DNA from: an uncultured bacterium
GTDB taxonomy: Bacteria > Bacteroidota > Ignavibacteria > Kapaibacteriales > UBA2268
Direction of reading: 5' to 3'
Length of the DNA stretch: 64,000 bases
Assembly (NCBI GenBank): GCA_942490685.1
Contig: CALNXW010000016.1
Location: 105,144 to 169,143, forward strand
Shown: in pieces, positions 9,705-18,970 of the stretch
Position numbering within the stretch: position 1 is the first letter of the stretch
Layout: the number at the start of each line of letters is the position of its first letter
Translations under genes and position numbers: made by a program
Notes under the pieces: generated by a model
Told to the model about the DNA's origin: nothing
The model's database searches: none
The model's input: only the letters and a program-made list of their open reading frames with translations

Positions 9705-9743
9705 AAAAAAGCCTGCTTTGGTCTAAACCAAAGCAGGCTTTTT
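9705..9743. terminator. Bidirectional intrinsic terminator
   Basis: AAAAAGCCTGCTTTGG/CCAAAGCAGGCTTTTT perfect stem between convergent units. Confidence 0.85.
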
Positions 9744-9744
9744 C

Positions 9745-9829
9745 TGGTGCGGAAGGGGGGAGTTGAACCCCCACGCCCGTAGGGCACTACCCCCTCAAGA
9801 TAGCGTGTCTACCATTTCACCACTTCCGC
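9745..9829 (-). tRNA. tRNA-Leu(GAG)
   Basis: GCGGAAG/CTTCCGC acceptor stem, anticodon loop TTGAGGG, long variable arm, TTCAACT T-loop, encoded CCA. Confidence 0.95.
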
Positions 9830-10010
9830 TCTTTAAGAGAGACACAAAAATATATTATTTCGGGTTATTCTGCAAATAAAATTTAGTAGTCAGAATTAAA
9901 ACTAAAAAAAATCAAAAATTATGCAAAAAAGGCTTGCTATATATTCCGAATATTCTTAAGTTTGTATCTCACTAATTGAGACGGGGCATTTATAGCCCTT
10001 CTAATTAAGT

Positions 10011-10081
10011 GGTGACGTGGCCGAGTGGCTAGGCAGCGGTCTGCAAAACCGCGTACGGAGGTTCGACTCCTCTCGTCACCT
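10011..10081 (+). tRNA. tRNA-Cys(GCA)
   Basis: GGTGACG/CGTCACC acceptor stem, CTGCAAA anticodon loop, GTTCGA T-loop; CCA not encoded. TAAGTTTG promoter motif at 9957-9964. Confidence 0.95.
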
Positions 10082-10119
10082 CTTTTTTTGTATCTAATCA
10101 CGAATATCGGGTATAAAAC

Positions 10120-10683
10120 ATGGGAACTACTTCAGATCTTAGAGTTGGTGCCATTTTGAAATTCAATGGCCAAAACTGCCAAGTGATGGAGTTCGAGCAT
10201 AGAACACCGGGCAAAGGTCAAGCTTGTTACCAAGTTAAAATGCGTAACTTGAATACTGGCAAAATCAATGAAAATAGATACCGCTCCGGCGAATCTATCG
10301 AATTTGTGCGTGTAGAACGTCATGAATTCCAATACCTATACAATGATGGCGAAACTTATTATTTCATGAATAAAGAAACTTATGACCAAATCCCAATGCA
10401 AGCAGAAGCTGTTGGAGATATGGCTCGTTTCATGAAAGAAAACCAAGATGTTGACGTAATGTTCGAAGGCGACATCATCTTAAGCATGGAACTTCCTGCT
10501 CACGTTCAGTTAGAAATTACTTATGCTGAACCTGGAGTAAGAGGTGATACTGCTACAAACGTTACTAAACCTGCTACACTTGAAACCGGTGCTGAAATTA
10601 ATGTACCTATCTTTATCAACGAAGGCGACAAAATCGTAGTTGATACTCGTACAGGCTCTTACGTGGAGAGAGTTAAAGGTTAA
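10120..10683 (+). CDS. efp: Elongation factor P
   Basis: RTPGKG loop, PGVRGDTA, KPATLETG, VPIFINEGD motifs. Confidence 0.97.
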   Translation: MGTTSDLRVGAILKFNGQNCQVMEFEHRTPGKGQACYQVKMRNLNTGKINENRYRSGESIEFVRVERHEFQYLYNDGETYYFMNKETYDQIPMQAEAVGDMARFMKENQDVDVMFEGDIILSMELPAHVQLEITYAEPGVRGDTATNVTKPATLETGAEINVPIFINEGDKIVVDTRTGSYVERVKG

Positions 10684-10767
10684 GCCAAAATATAATTGCT
10701 TGTTAAGCGTGTTTTTTGTATTATCGTACAACAAACACGCTTTTTTTTTATTTATAGGCGATTTAAT

Positions 10768-11229
10768 ATGGATATTAAAAACATTGAAAAACTTGTTAAA
10801 ATCTTTGATGCAAGCTCTCTTACCGAACTTTCTATTGAAGAAGACGGTACTAACATATATTTATCCAGATACAAAGAAGTAATTGCTGCTCCTCAGCAGC
10901 CGGCTTTTTCAGCTCCTCAAACTGTGGCTAGTCAGCCTAATGTGGAATCTTCTGCTGTAACTGAAACTCAAGCGCCAACAACTACTGACGGACACCAGGT
11001 TTGTTCGCCTATTGTTGGTACCTTCTATGCAGCTCCGTCTCCGGACTCTGATAATTATGTTGCTATTGGTGATAAAGTAAAAGCCGGGCAAACTCTTTGC
11101 ATCGTAGAAGCTATGAAAGTGATGAATGAAATAGAATCTGATAAGACTGGTACTATTACTGAAATTTTGATTGAAAATGGTCAGGCAGTAGAGTACAATC
11201 AACCATTATTTGTTATAAAACCGGAATAA
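10768..11229 (+). CDS. accB: Acetyl-CoA carboxylase biotin carboxyl carrier protein; start moved to MDIKNIEK
   Basis: EAMKVMNEI biotinylation motif, SPIVGTFY, Ala/Pro/Gln linker. Confidence 0.95.
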   Translation: MDIKNIEKLVKIFDASSLTELSIEEDGTNIYLSRYKEVIAAPQQPAFSAPQTVASQPNVESSAVTETQAPTTTDGHQVCSPIVGTFYAAPSPDSDNYVAIGDKVKAGQTLCIVEAMKVMNEIESDKTGTITEILIENGQAVEYNQPLFVIKPE

Positions 11230-11236
11230 TCTCTAT

Positions 11237-12580
11237 ATGATAAAAAAAGTTTTAATTGCAAATCGTGGAGAGATTGCTCTAAGGATAATTCGCGCTTGTA
11301 AAGAGCTTGGAATAAGTACTGTTGCAGTATATTCTGAGGCAGATAAGACTTCTCTTCACGTGAAATTTGCAGACGAAGCAGTATGTATAGGGCCTGCTCC
11401 CAGTCCTAAAAGCTATTTAGATACTAAAGCAATATTGTCAGCTGCCGAGATAACAAATGCGGATGCTATTCATCCGGGGTATGGATTTTTAGCTGAGAAT
11501 GATAAGTTTGTAGATATGTGCAGTCAACATGGTTTCAAATTTATAGGCCCTTCTGCAGATGCTATCAGAAGAATGGGCAATAAATCTGTTGCTAAAGATA
11601 CTATGAAAGCTGCAGGTGTTCCTGTAGTCCCGGGAAGTGACGGCATAGTGGCTGATGTTAAAGAAGCTAAAAAAGTAGCTGATAAAATAGGCTACCCCGT
11701 TATGCTTAAAGCAGTTGCCGGGGGAGGCGGGAAAGGCATGAGAGTTGTAAACAGCGCAGATCAACTGGAAAATGCTTACAGAAACGCAAGCAACGAAGCT
11801 GCTACTTCTTTCAATAACCCCGATATTTATATAGAAAAATTAGTTGAAGGCTCTCGACATATAGAAATTCAAATTATTGCCGATAGTTTTGGTAATACCA
11901 TTCATCTGAATGAAAGAGAATGTTCTACTCAGCGCCGTCACCAAAAACTTATTGAGGAAGCACCCTCTCCTGTTATTACACCAGAATTGCGTCATAAAAT
12001 GGGCGAAATCTCATCCCAGGGCGCAAAAGCAGTAAATTATGAAGGCCCCGGCACCATAGAATATCTGGTAGATAAAGATCTCAATTTCTACTTCATGGAA
12101 ATGAATACCAGAATACAAGTTGAGCATCCTGTTACTGAAGAGTCTATGGATATTGATTTAATCAAAGAACAAATTTTGATAGCTGCCGGAGAAAAGTTAT
12201 CTTTGCAAGAGGGCGAACCGCGTCAACATTCAATTGAATGTAGAATTAATGCCGAAGATCCGGACAGGGACTTTATGCCTACTCCCGGCAAAATAGAATC
12301 TCTTCATTTTCCCGGAGGGCACGGCATCAGAGTGGATTCGCACATTTATGCAGGATATGTAGTGCCGCCTAATTATGACTCGATGCTTGCTAAACTGATT
12401 TCCTTTGCTCCGACAAGGGAAGAGGCAATCAAAAAAATGAGCAGAGCCTTAGATGAGTTTATTATAGAAGGCGTTAAAACTACTATTCCTTTCCATAAGG
12501 CTATGATGAAAAATCCGGACTTTATTGCCGGAAACATAGACACTAAATACTTGGAAAGAAATGATTGGAAGTCATTCTAA
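11237..12580 (+). CDS. accC: Biotin carboxylase
   Basis: [49 protein letters not shown]. Confidence 0.97.
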   Translation: MIKKVLIANRGEIALRIIRACKELGISTVAVYSEADKTSLHVKFADEAVCIGPAPSPKSYLDTKAILSAAEITNADAIHPGYGFLAENDKFVDMCSQHGFKFIGPSADAIRRMGNKSVAKDTMKAAGVPVVPGSDGIVADVKEAKKVADKIGYPVMLKAVAGGGGKGMRVVNSADQLENAYRNASNEAATSFNNPDIYIEKLVEGSRHIEIQIIADSFGNTIHLNERECSTQRRHQKLIEEAPSPVITPELRHKMGEISSQGAKAVNYEGPGTIEYLVDKDLNFYFMEMNTRIQVEHPVTEESMDIDLIKEQILIAAGEKLSLQEGEPRQHSIECRINAEDPDRDFMPTPGKIESLHFPGGHGIRVDSHIYAGYVVPPNYDSMLAKLISFAPTREEAIKKMSRALDEFIIEGVKTTIPFHKAMMKNPDFIAGNIDTKYLERNDWKSF

Positions 12581-12614
12581 TTTACTTATTTAATAACCTA
12601 TTTCGGAGTATAAA

Positions 12615-12992
12615 ATGAACTTTCCGGAAAATTTAAAGTACACAAAAGATCACGAGTGGATCAAAGTTGAAGGTAATATCGGTACTATCGGTGTTACTGA
12701 ACATGCTGCAGGCGAACTTGGCGACGTAGTTTACGTTGACATCCCGGATGCAGAATTAGAATTCGCTGCTGAAGAATCTTTCGGTACTATCGAAGCAGTT
12801 AAAACTGTAGCAGATATGTTTGCGCCTGTTGCAGGTAAAATCGTTGAAGTTAACGAAGCATTGGAAGATGCTCCTGAAACTGTAAATAATGATCCTTATG
12901 GCGACGGCTGGATCATCAAAATTGAAATCAAAGATATGGCTGAAGTAGATGCATTAATGGATGCTGATGCTTATAAAGAACTTATTGGCTAA
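12615..12992 (+). CDS. gcvH: Glycine cleavage system H protein
   Basis: YTKDHEW, EAVKTV lipoyl-lysine motif, NNDPYGDGW. Confidence 0.96.
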   Translation: MNFPENLKYTKDHEWIKVEGNIGTIGVTEHAAGELGDVVYVDIPDAELEFAAEESFGTIEAVKTVADMFAPVAGKIVEVNEALEDAPETVNNDPYGDGWIIKIEIKDMAEVDALMDADAYKELIG

Positions 12993-13014
12993 TCTTTGCT
13001 GTCAGCAAAAACAT

Positions 13015-13048
13015 AAAAAAGCTCACTAATCAAATTAGTGAGCTTTTT
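13015..13048. terminator. Bidirectional intrinsic terminator
   Basis: AAAAAGCTCACTAAT/ATTAGTGAGCTTTTT stem between gcvH and the convergent gene. Confidence 0.85.
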
Positions 13049-13072
13049 CTAAATTAGCGGTTTGTATTAGAG

Positions 13073-15832
13073 TTATTTTGCTATAACTATCTGCGAAGCG
13101 AATTTCCTATTACCAAATTCAATTATTAATGTGTAAGTGCCTGAAGCTATTCCTGAAGAGTTAAATTCAAGAGATTTCTCACCTTTGTTGCACATTCCAT
13201 TATAAAGCGATTTAACAAACTGACCTTCTGAGCTGTATAGATTAGCTTTTAGGTTTGCAGCAACCGGAATATTTATAGTAATATTAGCATCTGACTGAAT
13301 CGGATTAGGAGAGATATTGATGATGTTTTTCATTTCCTCTTCCACACTTATATCTTTATCTGCTTTTCCGACAATAGGGTAAATATATAAAGTATTAGTT
13401 GTTTCTATTATCAAAGTATCTCTGTCTGCTTCTGATTCCTCAACAGGATGATATGAGATAATAATTTGTGTTGATTTTCCGGGTTCGATTGTTTTTCCGC
13501 TCTGAGTTTGATCCACTTTATACAAAGTTCCATTTTTCAGATTTAGAGTATTAATGTCAATATCTGTTGTTCCGGCATTTTGAAGAACAATATTCTTGTT
13601 ATGAGTGTGATTTATGGCAACAGATTCAAAATCTAATATATCACCATCTGCAAATACTAAAGTTTCTTTATCTGTGTAACTGCTTCCTGAAAGCTCCCAA
13701 GAAAAAGTGTATTCACTGGTTTTGATGTTTAATACAGCATATTCTTTAGCAATCACTTTAGGACTGTATTGAACTTCTAAAGAGAAAAAAGAACCACTTT
13801 GAACTATACTTGGATAGCTATCTGATGCCACACTAAAGTTATTGTTATTTGTAATATAGATAGAATCTATTGTAAATGCTTCATCTGATGGATTAGAAAA
13901 TTGAAGTATTTGAGTTTGGCTACTGTCTATTAAGGCATTTTCAAAATTTGTATCTTCTATATTGTTTAACACTATAACATGAGGAGTATAGCTAATTGAT
14001 TCCAAGCTTATATTGCCCTCATAATCTGCAACATAAAAAGTTGCCAGCGCTTCTTTTTCCGGATCTTCGACTTCTAAAGTTACCATATAGTCGTCATGCC
14101 CTTCATATTTCCATTCAAAATCAATAGTCGGTTCTTTGAAATTGTATGAGCTAAGACCATATTGGTCATTTATCAGTGTGATTGGTTTAAACCATACTTT
14201 CGAATCAACATTTTTTACCTCGCCACTGTCAAGATATCTATCTTCCTGTACTCGAATGTTCCATTTAGAAGCACTGCCTTGTACTCTGGTGATAGTAAGC
14301 AGAGGCGGCATGGTGTCAATTCTGTCAAGAGGTTTAAAACCCATAACAGCAGGCCAGCCATAAGAGTCTACTGACTTGAAGCCATATATATAACCACCAA
14401 ATTTAGTTCCGTTACTCTTCATTTCTTGCGGTCCGGGGTGAATTTTAAATCTTGCCCAATATAAGTCAGTCCCCGGTATTTTATTGTTAGTAAAACTTGG
14501 AATTTTATCTGTAAGTTTTGTGCCATCGAATTCTATTGATTTAAGCCCAATTTTTTCAGTATCATTAGTGTCATGTATTGCTATGATACTTATATAGTTT
14601 TCAGCAAAGGTTTTATTAGATGGAGCTTGTACTAAAGCGTGGCTTGCGTACTGCTCAAGTGAAGTTACCACCCACATAAACGGATCATAACTAGATCCAT
14701 CCCAACCTCCTGAGTAAGAATATTGCATAAGTAGTATAGGTTTGTCGGCCTTAAAGACAGAAGTACCTGTTATTGAAACTACTGTAGCACTTGACGACAT
14801 TGTTGGTGAATATTCACGAAAATCGCCTGCATTTTCTAGGACTCCGTCTCTTTCTCCTAGCAATTCCTTTGTTTCAATGTCATACCACTTAATATCGTAG
14901 GAAGTATTTGCTTCAGTTGCTACTAGTCTAAAGAGATCTCCTTTTTTAGACCCATTTCTTTCGAGACAAATAGAAGCATACTCTTTACCTAAAGTTTTTG
15001 TTGGGGGGATCATCTCACATAAATGATCTCTAGAAGAGCTTGTAAAAATTGGAATTACTGCGCGCCAGTGATAAGACACAATACCTATTGGTTTTGTTGC
15101 ACTGATTTTAGTGCCTGTTATGTCAAATTCACCACGTGTAAGCCCGTCTGCCTCCACTTGATACACTTGTCCTTCATCAACAGTAAAACTGAAGCTGTCT
15201 CCAATAGTTTTATCAGTTCCTTTAAGAAAGGCGGCATCTTTACCAAACCCTCTAATGTCAACGTCAACAGTCGTTTCATTTTCAGCAGCCAGAACTAAAA
15301 AACCGCCTGCATATTTATTTGTCGAACTTTCATAGTTGTCATAATAGCTGCAATGCAGGTACTCACGCCCCCAATGTTCCACAGGTATTGCCATATAACC
15401 GTCACTTGTAGTTGACTTTGAGTTCATTACATACACGCTGACCGGTTTATCGGCTTCTATTATTACAGTTTTGTCTGTGGCCAGGTTAGGTTCTCTGATT
15501 TCAGCTGCTGTTTTGGTCAAGCCCAACTCATCGTTTATAACTATGACTTCCCCGGCTCTAAGCTTTTCAGTCTTTTTGATGCCCAATATGGTTAAGTCTA
15601 AATTTGTATCATAAGCTCCGGCGACATAAATCTCCATTGCGGAATCAGACCAACCGAAACTGGCTGTTTCATTAGGCGGTATAGCAACTATATATTTTTT
15701 ACCCATCTGATAATTTCCAATTTCCATGCCTTTTATCAAATCAGCTTTGATTTTGGCTTTTATGTCTTCATTTGCTTTGAGAACAAATGGAATCATAATT
15801 AGGTAAAAAAGTAAAAGCACAAGTTTCTTCAT
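13073..15832 (-). CDS. IgGFc-binding-domain / ASH (choice-of-anchor D-like) T9SS cargo protein, copy 1
   Basis: Signal peptide; SDGYMAIPVEHWG, SSRDHLCEMIPP, SYDPFM, YGFKSVDSYGWP motifs; two Ig-like ASH repeats; CTD ISPNP...GTYTL...QIVIAK. Confidence 0.8.
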   Translation of the reverse strand: MKKLVLLLFYLIMIPFVLKANEDIKAKIKADLIKGMEIGNYQMGKKYIVAIPPNETASFGWSDSAMEIYVAGAYDTNLDLTILGIKKTEKLRAGEVIVINDELGLTKTAAEIREPNLATDKTVIIEADKPVSVYVMNSKSTTSDGYMAIPVEHWGREYLHCSYYDNYESSTNKYAGGFLVLAAENETTVDVDIRGFGKDAAFLKGTDKTIGDSFSFTVDEGQVYQVEADGLTRGEFDITGTKISATKPIGIVSYHWRAVIPIFTSSSRDHLCEMIPPTKTLGKEYASICLERNGSKKGDLFRLVATEANTSYDIKWYDIETKELLGERDGVLENAGDFREYSPTMSSSATVVSITGTSVFKADKPILLMQYSYSGGWDGSSYDPFMWVVTSLEQYASHALVQAPSNKTFAENYISIIAIHDTNDTEKIGLKSIEFDGTKLTDKIPSFTNNKIPGTDLYWARFKIHPGPQEMKSNGTKFGGYIYGFKSVDSYGWPAVMGFKPLDRIDTMPPLLTITRVQGSASKWNIRVQEDRYLDSGEVKNVDSKVWFKPITLINDQYGLSSYNFKEPTIDFEWKYEGHDDYMVTLEVEDPEKEALATFYVADYEGNISLESISYTPHVIVLNNIEDTNFENALIDSSQTQILQFSNPSDEAFTIDSIYITNNNNFSVASDSYPSIVQSGSFFSLEVQYSPKVIAKEYAVLNIKTSEYTFSWELSGSSYTDKETLVFADGDILDFESVAINHTHNKNIVLQNAGTTDIDINTLNLKNGTLYKVDQTQSGKTIEPGKSTQIIISYHPVEESEADRDTLIIETTNTLYIYPIVGKADKDISVEEEMKNIINISPNPIQSDANITINIPVAANLKANLYSSEGQFVKSLYNGMCNKGEKSLEFNSSGIASGTYTLIIEFGNRKFASQIVIAK
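13085..13316. repeat. ~232-bp near-identical repeat, copy A (T9SS CTD coding); partner at 16021-16252
   Basis: By-eye alignment at offset 2936 with about 6 mismatches. Confidence 0.9.
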
Positions 15833-15946
15833 TATTTCCTCAAATATTTTGAAAAGTATATATTGTTATTAAGTAATGCCTTAATGCAAAAGATATTTAT
15901 TACAAAAATAAGAACAAATTATGTTATATCTTGTATTTTATTGCAT

Positions 15947-15980
15947 AAAAAAAGCCGCAAAAGAAAGAATCTCCTGCGGC
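15947..15980 (-). terminator. Intrinsic terminator of copy 2
   Basis: GCCGCA/TGCGGC stem with a T-tract on the minus strand. Confidence 0.6.
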
Positions 15981-16008
15981 CTTGAGTAAGGAAAAGTAAA
16001 CTGTAATT

Positions 16009-18777
16009 TTATTTGCTTATAACTATCTGTGAAGCGAATTTCTTATTACCTAATTCAATTATTAATGTGTAAGTGCCGGAAGCTATTCCTGAGGAGTTAA
16101 ATTCAAGAGATTTCTCACCTTTGTTGCACATTCCATTATAAAGAGATTTAACAAACTGACCTTCTGAGCTGTATAGATTAGCTTTTAGGTTTGCAGCAAC
16201 CGGAATATTTATAGTAATATTAGCATCTGACTGAATCGGATTAGGAGAGATAGTTATTAAATCATCTCCGGTAATTTCAGATATACTGTTGTCCGAGTCT
16301 GCAGTTCCCTCTAATTGGTAAGTGTAAGTATCTTTAGAAGTCTTAATTAAAACAGTGTCTATTCTCTTACCTGTCAGATCTTTAGGTGCAAATGTTGCAT
16401 CAAATTCTAGTGATTCACCAGCTTCAAGTACAGTTCCATTTGCAGAGTTATCTACATAGAAATTAGATCCATCAACCATAGATATAGATTCTATATTAAT
16501 ATCGACAGAGCCTTTGTTGCTAATTTTTATAGTACTGGCAGCTAAATGCCCGATCATTACTTTACCAAAGTCAATTCCACCTGAGTTATCAAATGCCAGA
16601 ATTTCTTCATCAGAGAAAGCACTACCGGTTAAAGTCCATTCGTGAATTATATTATCTGTTTTTATGCGAAGCACAGCTTCATCATGATCAGAAATATCTG
16701 TTGGATTATATTTTATTTCAAGTAAAATAGAGTGACTAACATTCAATTCATTAGGAGTGGATTCTGTTACTACAGAAAATGCTTCACTACCTTCCAGTTC
16801 GATAGATTTAATATTATATTTAACATCAGAAGAATTGATAAGATTTAGAACATTCTGCTTAGAATTATTTATTGGAATTGCTCCAAAATCCAAAATAGCA
16901 TCATCTTCCAAAGTCATTAAGTTAGGATAGTATTTAATTTGCTCAAGTGCAATATTGCCTGCATAATCAGCAACAAAGAAATTAGCTTCAGCATATTGGT
17001 ACATATTATCTACTTCGAGTGTTACTTCATAGTCATCATGGCCATCATATTCCCACTCAAAATCTATATGTGGAGTTTTGAAGTTTGTAGATTTTAAACC
17101 ATATTTATCTTCAATCAATGTAATTGGTTCGAACCAAACTTTAGAATCTACTTCAGAAATTTCGCCATCAGTATTGTTTTGATTTTCTTGAATTCTAATT
17201 TTCCAAGTTCCTGAATTAGACGTTTTGTTGTCATAAGTAATAACTGGAGGTAAAGAATCAATCTCATCCATTGGTTTGCTAGCCAGTGCCGCAGGCCATC
17301 CGTAAGAATCTACTGATTTAAAGCCATATATATAAGCTCCAAAAGTAACATTGCCATTACCGGTTATGATATGAGGGCCAGTAGCAACAGGGAGTCTAGC
17401 CCAGAATAAGTTCGTTCCGGGAATTTGGTTTGAAGTGAACGCAGGACTTACATCTGTAATATAAACATCGTCAATACTTAAAGATTTTAAGCCTACTTTG
17501 TTAACATCTGTTGGATCATGCTTAGCTATAATATTTATATAGTTTTCAGCAAAAGATTTATTCGAAGGTGTTTGCACGATTGCATGAGTCACGTACTGAT
17601 CTGTAGGAGTTACAACCCACATAAATGGATCGTAGGTTGCTCCGTCCCAACCTGAAGAATAAGAATATTGCATAAGCATAAAAGGTTTATCTGCAGTAAA
17701 TACAGATGATCCTGTGATAGAAGTAGTAGAAGCATCAGCTGTTAAAGTAGAAGAAATCTCTGTAAAATCACCTGCATTAGTAAGTACACCATGTTTACTG
17801 TTTATTATCTGTTTCGTTTCCAGATCATACCATTTCACCATATAATTGGTATTATCTTCGACACTAACTAGTCTAAACAAATCACCTTTTTCAGATCCAC
17901 CCCTTTCTAAACAAACAGATGCATATTCTGTACTTAATGTTTTGGTGGCAGGGATCATTTCCGACAAGTGATCTCTTGAAGATGCCATAAAAATTGGCAG
18001 CACTGCACGCCAGTGATATGATATTAAACCAATTGGTTTATTTGCAGTGATTTTTGATCCTGAAATGTCAAACTCGCCTCTAGTCAAACCATCAGTTTCA
18101 ACTTGAAAGACTTCACCTTCATTGATATCAAAAGTCAAATCGTCCCCAACTGTTTTAGTTGTTCCCTTTATAGTACCAATTCCCTTACCTACACCTCTAA
18201 GTTCTACATCTACTTTAGTATTGTTTTTAGAACCTAGTACAAGGAAACCACCTGCAAATTTATTAGTACTACTTTCATAATTATCATAATAACTACAATG
18301 TAGGTATTCTTTATCCCAATGTTCGACAGGAATAGCCATATATCCATCTGAAGTAGTGCTTTTTGAGTTCATCACATAAACACTAACGGGAACATCAGAT
18401 TCTATAGATATTGTTTTGTTGGAAGCAAGGTATGGTTCTCTTATTTCGCATGCTGTTTTGGTTAAACCATAACTGTCATTAATAATTAGTACATCATGAG
18501 CATTTATCTGATGTGTAGTCACTTTACCTAAAACATCAATCTCCACAACAGCATCACTCTGCGATGAAACATAAATTTCCATTGCAGAATCTGCCCACCC
18601 AAAGCTAGCTGTCTCATTAGGAGGAATAGCCAAGATATATTTCTTGCCTAATTGATAATTTCCAACTTTGAACTGCTTTACTAAATCTGATTTGATTTGT
18701 TTTTTAACTGTGTCATCAGCTCTTCCTGTGAGAGGGATAATCATAGTTAACATAATTAGTAAAATAAACTTTTTCAT
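16009..18777 (-). CDS. IgGFc-binding-domain / ASH T9SS cargo protein, copy 2
   Basis: Collinear paralogue of 13073-15832 with the same motifs and CTD. Confidence 0.8.
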   Translation of the reverse strand: MKKFILLIMLTMIIPLTGRADDTVKKQIKSDLVKQFKVGNYQLGKKYILAIPPNETASFGWADSAMEIYVSSQSDAVVEIDVLGKVTTHQINAHDVLIINDSYGLTKTACEIREPYLASNKTISIESDVPVSVYVMNSKSTTSDGYMAIPVEHWDKEYLHCSYYDNYESSTNKFAGGFLVLGSKNNTKVDVELRGVGKGIGTIKGTTKTVGDDLTFDINEGEVFQVETDGLTRGEFDISGSKITANKPIGLISYHWRAVLPIFMASSRDHLSEMIPATKTLSTEYASVCLERGGSEKGDLFRLVSVEDNTNYMVKWYDLETKQIINSKHGVLTNAGDFTEISSTLTADASTTSITGSSVFTADKPFMLMQYSYSSGWDGATYDPFMWVVTPTDQYVTHAIVQTPSNKSFAENYINIIAKHDPTDVNKVGLKSLSIDDVYITDVSPAFTSNQIPGTNLFWARLPVATGPHIITGNGNVTFGAYIYGFKSVDSYGWPAALASKPMDEIDSLPPVITYDNKTSNSGTWKIRIQENQNNTDGEISEVDSKVWFEPITLIEDKYGLKSTNFKTPHIDFEWEYDGHDDYEVTLEVDNMYQYAEANFFVADYAGNIALEQIKYYPNLMTLEDDAILDFGAIPINNSKQNVLNLINSSDVKYNIKSIELEGSEAFSVVTESTPNELNVSHSILLEIKYNPTDISDHDEAVLRIKTDNIIHEWTLTGSAFSDEEILAFDNSGGIDFGKVMIGHLAASTIKISNKGSVDINIESISMVDGSNFYVDNSANGTVLEAGESLEFDATFAPKDLTGKRIDTVLIKTSKDTYTYQLEGTADSDNSISEITGDDLITISPNPIQSDANITINIPVAANLKANLYSSEGQFVKSLYNGMCNKGEKSLEFNSSGIASGTYTLIIELGNKKFASQIVISK
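16021..16252. repeat. ~232-bp near-identical repeat, copy B
   Basis: Matches 13085-13316. Confidence 0.9.
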
Positions 18778-18970
18778 TTAAACCTCACAAAATGTATCGT
18801 ATGTTGTTTCTATTATAGACAAATAAGTAGCAAAAAGGTCACACAAGAATTTATAAAATAATATAAAAAATTTAAACAGCATGATAGAAAACACATAGAT
18901 GCTTGTTTTTTTAAGAAGGAGGTACCTATTCGCTTTCTGACTAGAGTACCTCTTGTCTAGGTGTGTGTGC

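Noticed and set aside
9745-10081. tRNA-targeted genomic island
   Set aside because: No duplicated tRNA 3' end and no integrase near tRNA-Leu, tRNA-Cys or tRNA-Val.
10120-12992. efp-accB-accC-gcvH cluster as a novel system
   Set aside because: Ordinary housekeeping genes; efp-accB-accC linkage is common.
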